DNA of 64,000 nucleotides from Escherichia coli (GTDB lineage Bacteria; Pseudomonadota; Gammaproteobacteria; Enterobacterales; Enterobacteriaceae): NCBI RefSeq assembly GCF_003018255.1, contig NZ_CP027440.1; one strand, 5' to 3'. Shown piece by piece: positions 61,254 to 64,000 of this stretch (position 1 is its first letter; each line of letters starts with the position of its first letter). The notes under the pieces were generated by a model. It saw only the letters and a program-made list of their open reading frames with translations, ran no database searches and was not told where the DNA came from. The position numbers and the translations under genes were made by a program.

Positions 61254-61833
61254 TCGCCAACAGGGTTTCACATTGCTGGAAGTCATGGCGGCACTGGCGA
61301 TCTTCTCAATGCTTGGCGTGCTGGCGTTTATGGTTTTTTCGCAAGCGTCTACGCTACATCAACGCTCACAGAAAGAAATCCAGCAGTTCAATCAACTGCA
61401 ACGCACCATCACCATTCTTGATAACGATCTCCTGCAACTGGTCGCTCGCCGAAATCGGAGTACGGATAAAATCATGGTGTTGGGTGAAGAGGCTATTTTT
61501 ACCACGCAAAGTCGCGATCCGCAGGCCCCGCTCAATGAAGCGCAAACCTTACAAACGGTTCACTGGTATCTGCGAAATCATACGCTTTACCGTGCTGTTC
61601 GTACTTCTGTGGATGGCAGGAAGGATCAACCTGCCCAGGCGATGCTGGAACATGTCGAGAGCTTTCTTCTGGAAAGTAACAGCGGGGAAAGCAAAGAACA
61701 TCCTCTCTCAGTCACGCTACATCTGAAGACTCAGCAATATGGGGCACTACAGCGTCGTTTTGCATTACCTGAGCAATTAGCAAGAGAAGAGTCGCCAGCC
61801 CAGACTCAGGCCGGGAATAATAACCATGAATAA
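61246..61833 (+). CDS. gspJ: Type II secretion minor pseudopilin J
   Basis: 195 aa from ATG 61246 ([20 protein letters not shown]); overlaps gspI 3' end. Confidence 0.92.
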
Positions 61834-62809
61834 TGAACAACGCGGCGTCGCGCTGCTCATTGTATTGATGCTACTGGCGCTCATGGCTGCACTGGCAGCA
61901 GACATGACGAGCAGTTTTCACGGCCAGCTTCAGCGAACCCGCCAGGTAAACCATCATCTGCAACGGCAATATGATATTGAACTGGCGGAGAAACTTGCGC
62001 TTGCCAGCCTCACCCAGGACGTTAAAGATAACGACAGACAGACCACGTTGCAGCAGTACTGGGCACAGCCGCAACAGTTGCAGCTGGAAGATGGCAATAC
62101 AGTGAAGTGGCAGTTACGCGATGCCCAGCACTGTTTTAATCTCAATGCGTTAGCAAAAATCTCTGACGATCCGCTGGCTTCCCCCGATTTCCCCGCCCAG
62201 GTATTCAGTGCGCTGCTGATTAACGCCGGTATCGATCGCGGAAACACCGATGAGATCGTGCAATCAATTGCTGACTATATTGATGTCGATGACTCACCAC
62301 GCTTTCACGGCGCAGAAGATAACTTTTACCAAAGCCAGACGCCGCCCCGGCATAGTGCCAATCAGATGCTTTTTCTGACCGGCGAATTGCGTCAGATAAA
62401 AGGCATAACCGAAAACATCTATCAGCGGCTTATCCCGTATGTCTGCGTTCTCCCAACCACGGAACTTAGCATCAATCTTAATATGCTTACGGAGAACGAT
62501 ATTCCGCTCTTCAGAGCGTTATTCCTCAATAACATCACGGATGCTGACGCTCGGGTCTTATTACAAAAAAGGCCCAGGGAAGGCTGGCTAACCACGGATG
62601 CATTTCTTTACTGGGCGCAGCAGGATTTCTCCGGCGTGAAGCCTCTGGTAGCTCAGGTGAAAGGGCATCTCTTTCCCTATAGCCGCTATTTTACGCTGAG
62701 TACGGAAAGTATCAGCGACGAACAATCCCAGGGATGGCAAAGCCATATTTTCTTCAACCGTAAACAGCAGAGCGCCCAAATCTATCGGCGTACGCTGCAA
62801 CTCTACTAA
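61826..62809 (+). CDS. gspK: Type II secretion minor pseudopilin K
   Basis: 327-aa ORF with N-terminal hydrophobic segment. Confidence 0.92.
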   Translation: MNNEQRGVALLIVLMLLALMAALAADMTSSFHGQLQRTRQVNHHLQRQYDIELAEKLALASLTQDVKDNDRQTTLQQYWAQPQQLQLEDGNTVKWQLRDAQHCFNLNALAKISDDPLASPDFPAQVFSALLINAGIDRGNTDEIVQSIADYIDVDDSPRFHGAEDNFYQSQTPPRHSANQMLFLTGELRQIKGITENIYQRLIPYVCVLPTTELSINLNMLTENDIPLFRALFLNNITDADARVLLQKRPREGWLTTDAFLYWAQQDFSGVKPLVAQVKGHLFPYSRYFTLSTESISDEQSQGWQSHIFFNRKQQSAQIYRRTLQLY

Positions 62810-62823
62810 TCATAAGGATCGTG

Positions 62824-63987
62824 ATGCCTGAATCGTTGATGGTCATACGTTCTTCCTCGACGCTGCGTAAGCATTGGGAATGGATGACGTTCTCCGCAGA
62901 TAGCGTATCTTCGGTACATACGCCCACGGACGATCTTCCGCTGGAGTCGCTGGCCGATCAGCCCGGTGCCGGAAATGTTCATCTTTTGATCCCACCAGAG
63001 GGCCTTTTATATCGTTCCCTCACGCTGCCCAACGCCAAATACAAACTCACCGCACAAACATTGCAATGGCTGGCAGAGGAGACGTTACCCGACAACACCC
63101 AGGACTGGCACTGGACGGTTGTCGATAAACAAAACGAAAGTGTCGAGGTGATAGGCATTCAGTCGGAGAAACTCAGTCGCTATCTTGAGCGTTTACATAC
63201 TGCCGGACTCAACGTGACGCGGGTTTTGCCAGATGGCTGCTATCTTCCCTGGGAAGTAGATAGCTGGACTCTGGTTAACCAGCAAACAAGCTGGCTTATT
63301 CGCAGTGCCGCACATGCCTTCAATGAACTGGATGAACACTGGTTACAGCATCTTGCTGCCCAGTTTCCGCCTGAGAATATGCGTTGTTATGGTGTGGCAC
63401 CTCACGGCGTTGCAGCGACCAATCCACTTATCCAGCATCCTGAAATACCATCACTGAGTTTGTATTCTGCCGATATTGCATTCCAGCGCTATGACATGCT
63501 GCATGGTGTTTTTCGTAAACAGAAAACTGTAAGCAAATCGGGAAAATGGCTCGCCCGCCTGGCAGTAAGCTGTCTCGTTCTCGCCATTCTTTCTTTTGTT
63601 GGCAGCCGGGGCATCGCGCTCTGGCAAACGCTTAAGATTGAAGATCAACTTCAGCATCAACAGCAAGAAACCTGGCAACGTTATTTCCCGCAGATCAAAC
63701 GCACCCACAACTTTCGTTTTTACTTTAAGCAGCAACTCGCTCAGCAATATCCTGAAGCTGTGCCGTTGCTCTATCATTTACAAACACTTCTGCTGGAACA
63801 CCCTGAACTGCAGTTAATGGAGGCGAACTATAGCCAGAAGCAAAAGTCGCTGACCTTAAAAATGAGTGCTAAGAGTGAAGCCAATATCGATCGTTTCTGT
63901 GAATTAACACAGTCCTGGCTTCCGATGCAAAAAACAGAAAAAGATCCGGTCAGTGGTGTATGGACAGTAAGGAGCTCAGGGAAATGA
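62824..63987 (+). CDS. gspL: Type II secretion inner-membrane protein L
   Basis: 387 aa from ATG 62824 (MPESLMVIRSSST); a GTG one codon upstream is an alternative. Confidence 0.92.
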   Translation: MPESLMVIRSSSTLRKHWEWMTFSADSVSSVHTPTDDLPLESLADQPGAGNVHLLIPPEGLLYRSLTLPNAKYKLTAQTLQWLAEETLPDNTQDWHWTVVDKQNESVEVIGIQSEKLSRYLERLHTAGLNVTRVLPDGCYLPWEVDSWTLVNQQTSWLIRSAAHAFNELDEHWLQHLAAQFPPENMRCYGVAPHGVAATNPLIQHPEIPSLSLYSADIAFQRYDMLHGVFRKQKTVSKSGKWLARLAVSCLVLAILSFVGSRGIALWQTLKIEDQLQHQQQETWQRYFPQIKRTHNFRFYFKQQLAQQYPEAVPLLYHLQTLLLEHPELQLMEANYSQKQKSLTLKMSAKSEANIDRFCELTQSWLPMQKTEKDPVSGVWTVRSSGK

Positions 63988-64000
63988 TTAAATCATGGTG
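63984..64000 (+). CDS. gspM: Type II secretion protein M, first codons only (continues right of window)
   Basis: ATG at 63984 overlaps the gspL stop; reads MIKSW; too short to judge independently. Confidence 0.6.

Noticed and set aside
52410-64000. The gsp cluster as the hinted previously undescribed system
   Set aside because: Every gene is a recognisable Gsp component in the canonical order; it is the well-known cryptic type II secretion locus.

Overview
This window reads, gene by gene, as a contiguous Escherichia coli K-12-type core-chromosome segment; I found no foreign insertion and no undescribed gene system. Identification rests on recognising the translated ORFs and the rRNA/tRNA sequences from memory; no database search or alignment was run. 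Gene order, left to right: mreB (5' end, minus) - csrD (minus) - acuI - accB - accC - yhdT - panF - prmA - dusB - fis - yhdJ - yhdU - envR (minus) - acrE - acrF - yhdV - yhdW - yhdX - yhdY - yhdZ - rrnD operon on the minus strand (rrfF, thrV, rrfD, rrlD, alaU, ileU, rrsD) - yrdA - yrdB/aroE/tsaC/yrdD/smg/dprA (minus) - def - fmt - rsmB - trkA - mscL - arfA/zntR/yhdN (minus) - alpha, spc and S10 ribosomal-protein operons (rplQ to rpsJ, minus) - gspB/gspA (minus) - gspCDEFGHIJKL and the first codons of gspM. No transposase, integrase, phage gene, CRISPR array or IS-like terminal repeat was seen. The items most worth a second look are modest: two near-perfect palindromes upstream of the uncharacterised yhdWXYZ transporter, the arfA mRNA hairpin sitting over the mscL/arfA convergent overlap, compensatory differences between the two tandem 5S genes, a possible unannotated small ORF in the ~1 kb acuI-accB gap, and the cryptic gsp type II secretion cluster. 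Coordinates of short motifs read directly from the sequence lines may be off by 1-2 nt; CDS coordinates are anchored to the supplied ORF track.
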